DNA of 64,000 nt, from NCBI GenBank assembly GCA_046726415.1, contig JBKPAK010000112.1:8086-72085 (forward strand), given 5' to 3'. Every line of letters begins with the position of its first letter. The first letter of the stretch is position 1. A program made the translations under genes and the position numbers. Under the pieces are notes generated by a model. That model searched no databases, was not told the origin of the DNA, and saw nothing but the letters and a program-made list of their open reading frames with translations. Source of the stretch: Candidatus Methylomirabilota bacterium (lineage in GTDB: Bacteria; Methylomirabilota; Methylomirabilia; Rokubacteriales; CSP1-6). This document shows positions 1-10,599 of this stretch, in pieces.

Positions 1-1877
<1,877 letters not shown>

Positions 1878-1975
1878 TTGAGGCTCCCTTCGTATGAAAT
1901 GTGCCGACCTTCAGTCCACGAGTTCACCTGCATCGACTCCAATCCAACCCGGCGGCTACATGTGAGCGTACTGTT

Positions 1976-2004
1976 TATATATCAGATTAGTGCATTACTG
2001 TCAA
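1976..2004 (-). promoter_or_regulatory. Candidate sigma70-type promoter of dnaK
   Basis: Minus strand TTGACA-17 bp-TATATA (TG at the extended -10 position) in an AT-rich island about 100 bp upstream of the dnaK ATG. Confidence 0.6.
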
Positions 2005-2066
2005 AGTTGTCCTAAACAGCTGTAAATAAAGGTGTATTCCCTGGATTCCAGTGATATCGTACGGAT

Positions 2067-2729
2067 GTGAAGCTGGGGTGCGGTGGGTGTCTCGGTTCTC
2101 TCGTGATGCTAGCGGCCCTGGCCGGCATTGTCTTGGGAGCGGTCTGGATGGGCTCGCGGGCGATGGCACCACCGACCACGGCGCCGGCGGTGGGTACCGA
2201 GCAGGATGCCATCCGGGCACAGCAGACATTGTTCGAGATCGTGCGGCGGAGCACCGGGCGGCGCCCCATGGCCGAACGGGTGCGTCGCGAGTACATCCTC
2301 TCTGAAGCCGAACTGAACTCCTTTCTGGCCCGCCACCTTGGGCGGGTGGCGGGGCTACCTCTCGACAGTCTCTCCATCGGCTTCGTCGGCGACGGTATGA
2401 TCGAACTGCGCGGTCGGCTGACCCTGGATCAGGTACTCGGAGACCACGGGTCCCCCCTGACCGAGCACGTGCCGAAGTCGTGGAAAAGGGCGAGCGTCAT
2501 CCTCACGCTCCGAGGCCCATTGCGCCTCGAGACCGAGGCGTCCCGCGGGCAGCCAAAAGCCCTCCGCTTTGATGTCGAGGAGGCCTACCTCGGCCGGCAG
2601 CGTGTCCCCGTGGTGGCGGTAGAGAGGTTGTTGGGCGTCCACGGCGGACTCAGAAAGTGGTCCGTTCCCGACTCCGTCGACGCCGTGATCGTCGAGAGAG
2701 GCCGGGCCGTGGTCAGGACGGCCTCATAG
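2067..2729 (+). CDS. Hypothetical N-terminally membrane-anchored protein (possibly LmeA/DUF2993/YpmS-like)
   Basis: 220-aa ORF with an N-terminal hydrophobic helix and an 'LSEAELNSFL' segment followed by beta-rich sequence; family call is tentative. Confidence 0.7.
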   Translation: MKLGCGGCLGSLVMLAALAGIVLGAVWMGSRAMAPPTTAPAVGTEQDAIRAQQTLFEIVRRSTGRRPMAERVRREYILSEAELNSFLARHLGRVAGLPLDSLSIGFVGDGMIELRGRLTLDQVLGDHGSPLTEHVPKSWKRASVILTLRGPLRLETEASRGQPKALRFDVEEAYLGRQRVPVVAVERLLGVHGGLRKWSVPDSVDAVIVERGRAVVRTAS

Positions 2730-3158
2730 GCGTGGTTTCATGGCTGACACGTAGCGAAGCTGGAGATCGTAGATCAGCTCTTCGAGCAGTTGCGTTTCGC
2801 GCGGGGTTCGATTTCCCTCCGTCTTCTCCCGGAGGAGGCCCAGCAGATCGATCGCGTCGGCCGCGGCGTCGGGGTCCTTTCGGACTTGCCCAGTCATCGG
2901 ATCGGCGGCCTCGCCGAGGGCAACGACGGCAGAACTGGCGAGCATGACGAAAAGGCCCTCGAGGCTTCGCTCCGTGTCGTCAGCGGCGTGGACTTCCTTC
3001 TGCGCCGTCGGCTCAGGCCGGACCTGGCGCGGCTGGGGCTCGTCGACGGTGTGGGGCTGGCCTTCGGTGCGGGGAGTGGCTGGCGGGGGCTCGTCCGCCT
3101 CGGCACGACGCCGCCGATCGGTGACCCGGAACTCGCCGTCCGACTCGCTCTCCGCCAT
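2724..3158 (-). CDS. DUF1844 domain protein
   Basis: F-x-V-x-D-R-R N-terminus and ALGE..DP.TG...D...A...IDLL..L.EKT.GN....E..LL...Y.LQL.YV motif; SD AAGGAGGG before ATG 3158. Confidence 0.85.
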   Translation of the reverse strand: MAESESDGEFRVTDRRRRAEADEPPPATPRTEGQPHTVDEPQPRQVRPEPTAQKEVHAADDTERSLEGLFVMLASSAVVALGEAADPMTGQVRKDPDAAADAIDLLGLLREKTEGNRTPRETQLLEELIYDLQLRYVSAMKPRL

Positions 3159-3233
3159 ATCGACACCCTCCTTTTCATCCAGCGGCTCACCAGCGAAACG
3201 GCTACTGTATAATCGCATGCCTCGGGAACAACG

Positions 3234-4031
3234 ATGACCGAGTCCTCCGGCGCCCTCTTTGAGAACCTCCTTGGGATTATGGCGCGCCTCCGGGGCCTGG
3301 ATGGATGTCCCTGGGACCGAGAACAGACGCGAGCGTCACTGAAGCCATTTCTCATCGAAGAGACCTACGAGGTGCTCGATGCCATCGATGCAGCCAGCCT
3401 CGACGGCCTGATCGAGGAATTGGGCGATCTGCTCTTCCAGGTGGTGTTCCACGCACAAATCGGGGTCGAACAGAACGCCTTCGGCATGACGGAAATCCTT
3501 CGTCGGCTCTGTGACAAGATGACGAGACGCCATCCCCACGTGTTCGGAGAGACGCGGGTGGCGACTCCTCAGGCCGCCCTCGCCCAGTGGGAAGCGATGA
3601 AGCAGCGCGAGACCATACCCGGTAAGCCGCGATCGGTGCTCGATGGGATCCCCCGGGCCCTGCCCGCGCTCACCCGGGCCCAGCGTATGCAGGGCAAGGC
3701 GGCGCGAGTGAAGTTCGACTGGCCAGATGCACGGTCGGCATGGGGAAAGGTCGGGGAAGAGATGGCAGAGGCCGAGGCGGCCTTGGACGCCGGCGACGTC
3801 ACTCGGCTCCGCGAGGAGCTCGGCGATCTCCTGTTCTCGGTCGTCAATGTCGCCCGTCTCTCCTCGGTTGACGCCGAGGACGCGCTTCAGGGAGCGATCG
3901 AGAAATTCCGGCGACGCTTCACAGACATGGAGACCGCCCTGGCCGCACAGGGGAGATCGGTGACCACCGTCGAGCAGCATGAACTTGAGCGATCGTGGGA
4001 GGCCGCGAAAGCGCGCGAGCGTCAGAGATGA
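3234..4031 (+). CDS. mazG: Nucleoside triphosphate pyrophosphohydrolase MazG
   Basis: GCPWDREQT, EETYE, EELGDLL (twice), RRHPHVFG: two MazG domains. Confidence 0.95.
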   Translation: MTESSGALFENLLGIMARLRGLDGCPWDREQTRASLKPFLIEETYEVLDAIDAASLDGLIEELGDLLFQVVFHAQIGVEQNAFGMTEILRRLCDKMTRRHPHVFGETRVATPQAALAQWEAMKQRETIPGKPRSVLDGIPRALPALTRAQRMQGKAARVKFDWPDARSAWGKVGEEMAEAEAALDAGDVTRLREELGDLLFSVVNVARLSSVDAEDALQGAIEKFRRRFTDMETALAAQGRSVTTVEQHELERSWEAAKARERQR

Positions 4032-4561
4032 GATTCAGGATCGGACAGACCGTCATCGCCATCGAGCGTGGCGACATCACAGACGCCCAAGTGGATGCAG
4101 TGATCAACGCCGCGAATTCCACGCTGACCATGGGGGCCGGGGTCGCCGGGGCCCTCAAACGCAAGGGCGGAGTGATCATCGAGGAAGAGGCCATGCGCCA
4201 GGGACCGGTGGAGATCGGAGAGGCTGTCATCACCACCGGCGGCAACTTGATCGCCACCCATGTCATCCATGCCGCGGTCATGGGCCCCGATCTCAAGACC
4301 GATCCCGAGATCATCGCCCAGAGCACCAAGGCTATCCTCGCGCTCGCCGACAAGCAGCGCCTCTCGTCCATCGCCCTTCCCGCGCTGGGCACCGGCGTTG
4401 GCCACGTCCCGGCCCCGGCTTCCGCGCAGGCGATGCTGAGCACGGTGGCCGAGCACCTCAAGGGCGGCAAGAGCAGCCTCAAACGCATCGTGTTCGTCCT
4501 GTATCTGGACGACGCCTACAAGGCCTTCACGGACACGCTGAAACGCCTCGGCGGGTCCTGA
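4028..4561 (+). CDS. Macro domain (ADP-ribose-binding / Appr-1''-p processing) protein
   Basis: GDIT...DAVINAAN, GAGVAGA, IHAAVMG, SIALPALGTG; ATGA overlap with the mazG stop. Confidence 0.92.
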   Translation: MRFRIGQTVIAIERGDITDAQVDAVINAANSTLTMGAGVAGALKRKGGVIIEEEAMRQGPVEIGEAVITTGGNLIATHVIHAAVMGPDLKTDPEIIAQSTKAILALADKQRLSSIALPALGTGVGHVPAPASAQAMLSTVAEHLKGGKSSLKRIVFVLYLDDAYKAFTDTLKRLGGS

Positions 4562-4574
4562 ACCCGCCGGAAAA

Positions 4575-4642
4575 TCGAGGGATGTCCGGGCTCCGCCGGG
4601 GCGCACCGAGCGCTGGGGGGTGGGGGAGGCATGTCGACCCCA
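4575..4642 (-). repeat. Dispersed structured repeat, family B copy
   Basis: Reverse complement aligns by eye with 24267-24340 (GGGG..CGAC.TG.C.CCCC..CCCCC..CGCTCGG.GCG.C.CGGCG..GCC....CCTCG). Confidence 0.7.
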
Positions 4643-4643
4643 C

Positions 4644-6374
4644 GTGAGGAATGAGCCCGTCGCCCCACGGCGCGCGACCCAGGGGTTGGGAAATCTGCTG
4701 GTCGGCGAAGGGCTGATCACCCGAGAACGACTTGCCCAGGCCGTTGCCGAGCAACACCGGACCGGGGAGACGCTCACCGCGGTCCTCCTCAAACTGGCCC
4801 TCGTCGACGAGAATTCGCTGATCGACATCCTGGCTCGCCACTATGGAATCCCCACGGTCGCCCTCTCCCAACTCGACCTCGAACCCCAAGTCTTGGCACT
4901 GGTGCCCGTGAACCTCGCCACCAAGTACGAGGTCCTTCCCCTCACGCGCGAGCACACCACGCTCACCCTGGCCATGGCCGACCCCACCAATGTCTACGCC
5001 GTCGACGACGTCGCGTTCATCACCAATCTGCACGTGGCCCCGGTGATCGCCTCTCGTACCGCCATCCGCCAGGCCATCGACCGGAACTACCATCGCAACC
5101 GCACCACCGACGCCGTAGCCGACATCATCAACGCCGCCGTCGAGTTGGAGCCGACCGAGGAGGGGGATTCGCGCAGTGGCCCCGACGCCTTCGAACTCAA
5201 GGAGTCCGCGGACGAGCCACCCATCGTGCGCTTGGTCAACACCATTCTGATCGACGCCATCGAGCGTGGAGCGTCGGACATCCACTGGGAGCCCTACGAG
5301 CACCTCTTCCGCCTGCGGCTGCGCGTCGACGGCATCCTCCACGAGCGATGGACGCTTCCCAAGCGCTTGGAGCCCGGCGTCATTTCTCGGCTCAAGATCA
5401 TGTCGAGCATGGATATCGCCGAGCGCCGCTTGCCGCAGGATGGGCGCATCCACTTGCGCTATCGCCATCGGGAGGCGGACCTCCGGGTGTCCATCCTGCC
5501 GACGTCCTTCGGCGAGAAGTGCGTGATCCGCATCTTGGACAAGGAAACCGTCCGGCTCGATCTCCGAGACCTCGGCTTTGACGGCCACGCCCTCGACGTG
5601 TTTCAGGGCGCTCTCAAGCAACCATATGGCATGATCCTCATCACTGGCCCTACGGGATCCGGCAAGACTACCACGCTCTACGCGGGCATTCAGGCGATCA
5701 ACGCTCCCGGCGTCAACATCGTGACTGCCGAGGATCCCGTCGAGTACAACCTCAAAGGCGTCAACCAGGTCCAGATCAACGAGGCGATCGGACGCACCTT
5801 CGCGACTGTCCTGCGATCCTTCCTCCGCCAGGACCCCGATGTCATGCTCGTGGGCGAGACCCGAGATGTCGAAACGGCCCAGATCGCCGTGCGTGCCGCG
5901 CTGACCGGGCATCTTGTCCTCTCCACGGTGCACACCAACGACTGTCCCGCCACCATCGCCCGGCTGGTCGACATGGGTCTCCCCGCCTATCTCGTCTCGT
6001 CCTGTCTCCTCCTCATCGTCGCCCAGCGGTTGGCCCGCCGCGTTTGCGAAGGCTGCAAGGAGATGTTCGAGAGCGACGAAGACGTGCTGGCCGCTCATGG
6101 CTACGCGCCGACCGGTCGACGCCGCTTGAACCTCGCGCGTGGCAAGGGATGTGAACGCTGCCACTTCACGGGCATGAAGGGGCGGATCGCCCTGTACGAG
6201 TTAATGCCCATGACTGAGGCCATCCGAGACATGATCGTGCGAGGCGCCTCGGCCGCGGAATTGCGGGCCATGGCGCAGTCGCAGGGCATGAAGACGCTGC
6301 GGGAAGCGGGCATCGCTCGCGTCCTGGAGGGCACGACCACCATCGACGAAATGCTGCGAGTGACCTTGGTCTGA
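4644..6374 (+). CDS. pilB: Type IV pilus assembly ATPase PilB (GspE/PulE family)
   Basis: N-terminal LG.LL MshEN-like segment, Walker A GPTGSGKT, LRQDPD, AALTGHLVLST, tetracysteine motif; start set at GTG 4644 just after the repeat (uncertain). Confidence 0.93.
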   Translation: MRNEPVAPRRATQGLGNLLVGEGLITRERLAQAVAEQHRTGETLTAVLLKLALVDENSLIDILARHYGIPTVALSQLDLEPQVLALVPVNLATKYEVLPLTREHTTLTLAMADPTNVYAVDDVAFITNLHVAPVIASRTAIRQAIDRNYHRNRTTDAVADIINAAVELEPTEEGDSRSGPDAFELKESADEPPIVRLVNTILIDAIERGASDIHWEPYEHLFRLRLRVDGILHERWTLPKRLEPGVISRLKIMSSMDIAERRLPQDGRIHLRYRHREADLRVSILPTSFGEKCVIRILDKETVRLDLRDLGFDGHALDVFQGALKQPYGMILITGPTGSGKTTTLYAGIQAINAPGVNIVTAEDPVEYNLKGVNQVQINEAIGRTFATVLRSFLRQDPDVMLVGETRDVETAQIAVRAALTGHLVLSTVHTNDCPATIARLVDMGLPAYLVSSCLLLIVAQRLARRVCEGCKEMFESDEDVLAAHGYAPTGRRRLNLARGKGCERCHFTGMKGRIALYELMPMTEAIRDMIVRGASAAELRAMAQSQGMKTLREAGIARVLEGTTTIDEMLRVTLV

Positions 6375-6438
6375 GTCAGGAGCCCGTCGGCGTGGCGCGG
6401 AGCGCCCGAGGTCGCCGGCGCGCGAAGAGCGGGGGCGA

Positions 6439-6541
6439 TCGAGAGCATCACGGCCACCGGATCGAGCGCGAGTCCGCGAACGGCCCGGGTGCCTCAAGGG
6501 TGGGGGGAATTTGGGGGGGCTGTCGAGGCTCCAGCTCATTT
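6439..6541 (-). repeat. Degenerate family B-like repeat between pilB and pilT
   Basis: TCGAGAGCATCACGGCC resembles the reverse complement of the family B tail; GGGGGGAATTTGGGGGGG.CTGTCGAGGC resembles its head. Confidence 0.45.
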
Positions 6542-6553
6542 CGGGGGGGAACC

Positions 6554-7684
6554 ATGGCCGCAGACCTCGGCCACCTGCTGGAGATGATGGTTTCTCGGGG
6601 CGCCTCGGACCTGCACATCGCCAGTGGCAGTCCCCCTCGGTTCCGCGTCGACGGGGCGCTGTCACCCCTGGCGGAGACGGAGGCCCTCACGCCTTCCGAG
6701 ACACAGCGCCTGGCCTACGGTCTTCTCAGCGACACCCAGAGGCAGCAATTCGAGTCGAACCACGAGTTGGACTTCGCCTTCGCCGTCCAGGACGTGGGCC
6801 GCTTCCGTTGCAACGTGTATCGCGACCGGGGCGCCGTGGCCGCGGCCATCCGAGGACTCCCCCTTCGCATGCGCTCTTTCGACGAGCTGGGCGTGCCTCC
6901 CGCCGCACAGCGGTTGGCCGAGCGGCCGAGGGGGTTGATTCTGGTGACGGGACCGACTGGTTCGGGGAAGTCCACCACCCTGGCGACCATGATCGACAAG
7001 ATCAACACCGAGCGGCCCGCCCACATCATGACGGTGGAAGATCCCATCGAGTTCATCCATCGCCACAAGCGCAGCCTGGTCAACCAGCGGGAAGTTCCGG
7101 CGGACACGCACTCGTTCCGCAACGCGCTGCGGGCCATCCTGCGGCAAGACCCCGACGTGGTCCTCATCGGAGAGATGCGCGACCTGGAGACGATCGCCGC
7201 TGCCCTAAGTCTGGCTGAGTCCGGTCATCTCACCCTGGGGACATTGCACACGAACTCCTGCGCCCAGACGATGCACCGAATCATCGATGTCTTTCCTCCT
7301 CAACAGCAGGACCAGGTTCGCGCGCAGCTCTCCCTGGTGCTCGAGGGAGTGCTCTCTCAGGCCCTGATTCCCCAGGTCGGCGGGGGGCGGACCATGGCGC
7401 TCGAGATCATGGTAGCCACGCCGGCCATCCGCAATCTCATCCGGGAGAACAAGGTGCACCAGATGTACGGAATGATGCAGTCGAGTGCCGGCGTCGGCAT
7501 GCAGACGATGAATGCCTCCCTCGCCAGTCTCGTCAAGCGGCGCCTGATCACCAGCGAGGACGCGCTGGCCGCCAGCATGCTGCCCGACGAGCTGGCCCGC
7601 ATGCTCGGCAACACCGCCGCACCGGCCCCGCCCGCGGCGCCGGCGAGCACCCACACCGGAAGCCACCCCGGCCGGGTCGTTTGA
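6554..7684 (+). CDS. pilT: Type IV pilus retraction ATPase PilT
   Basis: ASDLHI, GPTGSGKSTT, LRQDPD and the PilT-diagnostic AIRNLIRE motif; GMQTM. Confidence 0.96.
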   Translation: MAADLGHLLEMMVSRGASDLHIASGSPPRFRVDGALSPLAETEALTPSETQRLAYGLLSDTQRQQFESNHELDFAFAVQDVGRFRCNVYRDRGAVAAAIRGLPLRMRSFDELGVPPAAQRLAERPRGLILVTGPTGSGKSTTLATMIDKINTERPAHIMTVEDPIEFIHRHKRSLVNQREVPADTHSFRNALRAILRQDPDVVLIGEMRDLETIAAALSLAESGHLTLGTLHTNSCAQTMHRIIDVFPPQQQDQVRAQLSLVLEGVLSQALIPQVGGGRTMALEIMVATPAIRNLIRENKVHQMYGMMQSSAGVGMQTMNASLASLVKRRLITSEDALAASMLPDELARMLGNTAAPAPPAAPASTHTGSHPGRVV

Positions 7685-7699
7685 CATCCCGATAGAGGC

Positions 7700-8896
7700 A
7701 TGGCGCTCTTTGCCTACCGCGGTCATAGGACGACCGGCATGGTGACCGGGCAGCTCGAGGCACCGGATCGTCACGCGGCCCTGAGCGCCCTGCGCGCGCG
7801 GGGGATCGTCGCCACGCGCGTCGACGAACGCGCGCCTCGCCTCCCGCGCGGGCGGCGCCGGGTGCGCGTCAAGGATCGCGACCTGGCCCTGTACACGCGC
7901 CAGCTCTCCACGATGATCAATGCCGGTCTTCCGATTGCGCAGTGTCTGGCCATCCTGGGGGAGCAGGGACAGAGCGCTCTGCTCCGGCAAATCACCGCAC
8001 AGGTTGCCGCCGACGTGGCCGGCGGGGCGACCCTCGCCGACGCCTTTCGCAAACATCCCCGTGTTTTCGGCGATCTCTTCGCGAACATGCTGCAAGTGGG
8101 AGAGGCGTCGGGCGCCCTCGACACGATCCTTTCCCGACTCTCGACGTACCTCGAGAAGGCTGCCGCTCTGAAGCGCAAGGTGAGGGGAGCCATGATCTAT
8201 CCGCTCACCATCGTCAGCGTGGCCGCGCTCGTGGTCGTGTTCATGATGGCGTTCGTCATCCCGACCTTCGCCCAGATGTTCACACACTTCGGCGGCGAGC
8301 TGCCGCGACCGACGCGGATCGCGATCGCGCTCTCGGACTTCGTGCGGGCCTATCTGGCGCTGATCGCCGCCCTCGTGGTCGTTGCGGTGTACGCCATCCG
8401 GCACCTGTACCGGACCGAAGGCGGCCGCATCGCCATCGATCGCCTGCTCCTCAAGATTCCCCTGCTCGCACCTCTGATTCGGAAGATCGCCATCGCGCGC
8501 GTCACGCGGACCCTCGGCACCCTCATCGCATGCGGCGTTCCTATCCTGGAAGGGCTGCGGATCACCGCAAAGACGGCGGGGAACCACATCGTGGAGGAAG
8601 CCGTCCTGATGTCGCGCACCGCCATCGCCGCCGGCCGCACCCTCACCGAGCCGCTCCGAACCCCATACGTTCCGGCCATGGTCGTGCAAATGATCAACGT
8701 GGGCGAGCAGACGGGCTCGATGGAAGAGATGCTCACGAAGATCGCCGACTTCTACGACGACGAGGTCGACTCCTCGGTGGCGACGCTCACGGCGATGCTG
8801 GAGCCAGCCATGATCGTGTTCCTGGGTGTCGTCATCGGCGGCCTGGTCATCGCGATGTACCTGCCGATCTTTACCCTCGTCACCGTCATTCGTTAG
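7700..8896 (+). CDS. pilC: Type IV pilus inner-membrane platform protein PilC (GspF family)
   Basis: RQLSTMINAGLP, VGEASGALD, AMIYP, VGEQTG, LEP, AMYLPIF. Confidence 0.95.
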   Translation: MALFAYRGHRTTGMVTGQLEAPDRHAALSALRARGIVATRVDERAPRLPRGRRRVRVKDRDLALYTRQLSTMINAGLPIAQCLAILGEQGQSALLRQITAQVAADVAGGATLADAFRKHPRVFGDLFANMLQVGEASGALDTILSRLSTYLEKAAALKRKVRGAMIYPLTIVSVAALVVVFMMAFVIPTFAQMFTHFGGELPRPTRIAIALSDFVRAYLALIAALVVVAVYAIRHLYRTEGGRIAIDRLLLKIPLLAPLIRKIAIARVTRTLGTLIACGVPILEGLRITAKTAGNHIVEEAVLMSRTAIAAGRTLTEPLRTPYVPAMVVQMINVGEQTGSMEEMLTKIADFYDDEVDSSVATLTAMLEPAMIVFLGVVIGGLVIAMYLPIFTLVTVIR

Positions 8897-8897
8897 T

Positions 8898-8969
8898 CGT
8901 CGGAGGGGCGTCGCGCCCCGCCGAATCCTTCCCCGCCACCGATCCGCACGGGCCGAGCCCTCACTCGAA
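8898..8969 (+). repeat. Dispersed structured repeat, family A copy
   Basis: CGTCGGAGGGGCG-tcg-CGCCCCGCCGA hairpin, pyrimidine-rich linker, GGGC-cga-GCCC hairpin, terminal CTCGA; same layout as 55649 and 58950. Confidence 0.65.
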
Positions 8970-8988
8970 GGTCTTCGTCGAGGTTTCG

Positions 8989-9004
8989 TGGCATGCGAGG
9001 TGCA
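8989..9004 (+). promoter_or_regulatory. Sigma54 (-24/-12) promoter of pilA
   Basis: TGGCATGCGAGGTGCA = GG-N10-GC, about 40 bp upstream of the pilin ATG. Confidence 0.7.
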
Positions 9005-9046
9005 GCCGATCGAGGAACGTACCGAACTCTTCCGCAGGGGGCGTCC

Positions 9047-9502
9047 ATGACCACGTGCTGCCGGCAGCAATTCCGAGGGGGGAACAATCGCGGCTTCACC
9101 CTGGTCGAACTGATGATCGTGGTCGCGATCATCGGGATCCTCGCCGCCGTGGCCATTCCGCTCTACGCGAACCTGCAGGCCCGCGCGCGCATCGCGAAAG
9201 CTCAGGCCGACGTTCGCACGGTGGGATCGGCCATCAGTATCTACGCGGCCCACACCGGGACTCTCCCCACCGCCGCGAACCTCGCCACGGCCCTGACCAC
9301 GGCCAGCACCGTGGCCGGCGTCACGGCAGGGCCGTTCATCGGCAACCTCCCAACTCCGCCGAGCGGTGGAGGTTGGCCGGCCGCCTACACCTACGCCCCG
9401 GACGTGGCGCCGGGCGGGGCGGCACTGGTGGGTTCCTTCGTGTTCTGCGCCGCTGGTGACGGCAGCTTCGCCAACAGCGGCGGCGTCAGTAGCTGTCCCT
9501 GA
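9047..9502 (+). CDS. pilA: Type IVa major pilin
   Basis: Class III signal RG|FTLVELMIVVAIIGILAAVAIP; C-terminal Cys pair. Confidence 0.9.
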   Translation: MTTCCRQQFRGGNNRGFTLVELMIVVAIIGILAAVAIPLYANLQARARIAKAQADVRTVGSAISIYAAHTGTLPTAANLATALTTASTVAGVTAGPFIGNLPTPPSGGGWPAAYTYAPDVAPGGAALVGSFVFCAAGDGSFANSGGVSSCP

Positions 9503-9516
9503 CTTTCCTGGCCGAC

Positions 9517-9538
9517 GCGCGGGAGGCCGTTCCCGCGC
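9517..9538 (+). terminator. Hairpin after pilA (possible terminator or mRNA stabiliser)
   Basis: GCGCGGGA-ggccgt-TCCCGCGC 8-bp stem; no U-tract. Confidence 0.35.
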
Positions 9539-9720
9539 ATGGTCGCGAGGACGCTGCGTCCATCGAACGGGTCACCGACGTCGACGTCCTCGTGCGTCGA
9601 AGCATGCGCCTCTGGCGCCCCCGACGTGGTTCTCTGGCGTATCATGACGAGGCGTATGAGCACGTCCAGCGTTGCGGCCGCGCAGAGCGCGCCGACGAGG
9701 TCGCGCCCTCCAGTCCCCGC

Positions 9721-10476
9721 ATGACCTTCGCGTTCGTGATCGCGCTGGGCCTGGTCATCGGCAGCTTTCTCAATGTCGTCATCGTTCGCGTGCCCAGCGG
9801 GCAGAATCTCCTCGGCCGGTCCGTGTGCCCTCGCTGCGCCACGCCGATCGCGGCCCACGACAACGTTCCCCTCGTGTCATTCGTCCTTCTGCGAGGGCGC
9901 TGCCGCTCCTGCGGGGGCCGGATCTCTTGGCGCTATCCGCTGGTCGAACTCAGCACCGCCGCCGCGCTGCTGGCCGCGTTTGCCCGCTTCGGGCTCACCC
10001 CCGCCTTTGCGCTGGCCAGCGCACTGCTCGCGGCGCTCATCGCCATTACCGCCATCGATCTCACCCACCAGATCATCCCCAACGCGATCACCCTGCCGGG
10101 GATCGCCGTGGGGTTGCCCGGGGCTCCGGCCACCGGTCTCACCTCGTGGCTCGACGCGCTGCTCGGCGTCCTCGTCTGCGGAGGCCTCCTTTTCGCCGTC
10201 GTCAAGGCGAGCGGTTGGTTCTACTCCGAGACCCATCCCCAGGGCGGCATGGGCTTCGGTGACGTGAAGCTCGGCGCCATGCTCGGCGCCTTCCTGGGCT
10301 GGCGGCTGGGCCTGTTCGCTTTGTTCGTGGCCGTCGTAGCTGGGGGCCTGGTCGCCGCCGGGCTTCTCCTGACTGGGCGCAAGGGGCGGAAGGATCCGGT
10401 GCCCTTTGGTCCCTTCCTGGCCTTGGGCGGAGCGACGGCGCTCCTCATCGATCCCCCCGAGTTCCTCGGCCTGTGA
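9721..10476 (+). CDS. pilD: Prepilin peptidase / N-methyltransferase PilD
   Basis: GSFLNVVI.R.P, CPRC, CRSC, GMGFGDVKL, PFGPFL. Confidence 0.96.
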   Translation: MTFAFVIALGLVIGSFLNVVIVRVPSGQNLLGRSVCPRCATPIAAHDNVPLVSFVLLRGRCRSCGGRISWRYPLVELSTAAALLAAFARFGLTPAFALASALLAALIAITAIDLTHQIIPNAITLPGIAVGLPGAPATGLTSWLDALLGVLVCGGLLFAVVKASGWFYSETHPQGGMGFGDVKLGAMLGAFLGWRLGLFALFVAVVAGGLVAAGLLLTGRKGRKDPVPFGPFLALGGATALLIDPPEFLGL

Positions 10477-10560
10477 AGTTTGTCGGGCAGCGTGCCCAGA
10501 GAGCAGGGCATCACCTCGCTCGGGAGCCGCGCCAGACAACTTCTTGGTCCGGCGCATGCC

Positions 10561-10576
10561 GGGAACACGACTTGCT
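10561..10576 (+). promoter_or_regulatory. Candidate sigma54 promoter of the minor pilin/pilM-Q operon
   Basis: GGGAACACGACTTGCT = GG-N10-GC with TTGCT at -12. Confidence 0.5.
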
Positions 10577-10599
10577 AAATCCTTCGCTGTCCACGGGCG

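Noticed and set aside
1969-1987. LexA/SOS box-like TACTGTTTATATATCAG upstream of dnaK
   Set aside because: Spacing is CTG-N9-CAG rather than N10, and the AT run is explained by the dnaK -10 box.
4631-4654. ATG with a GGAGG SD upstream of pilB (MSTPREE*)
   Set aside because: It lies inside the family B repeat and is out of frame with pilB; probably incidental.
9656-9724. Short ORF (MSTSSVAAAQ...) overlapping the pilD start
   Set aside because: Low-complexity peptide with no independent support; cannot be distinguished from chance.
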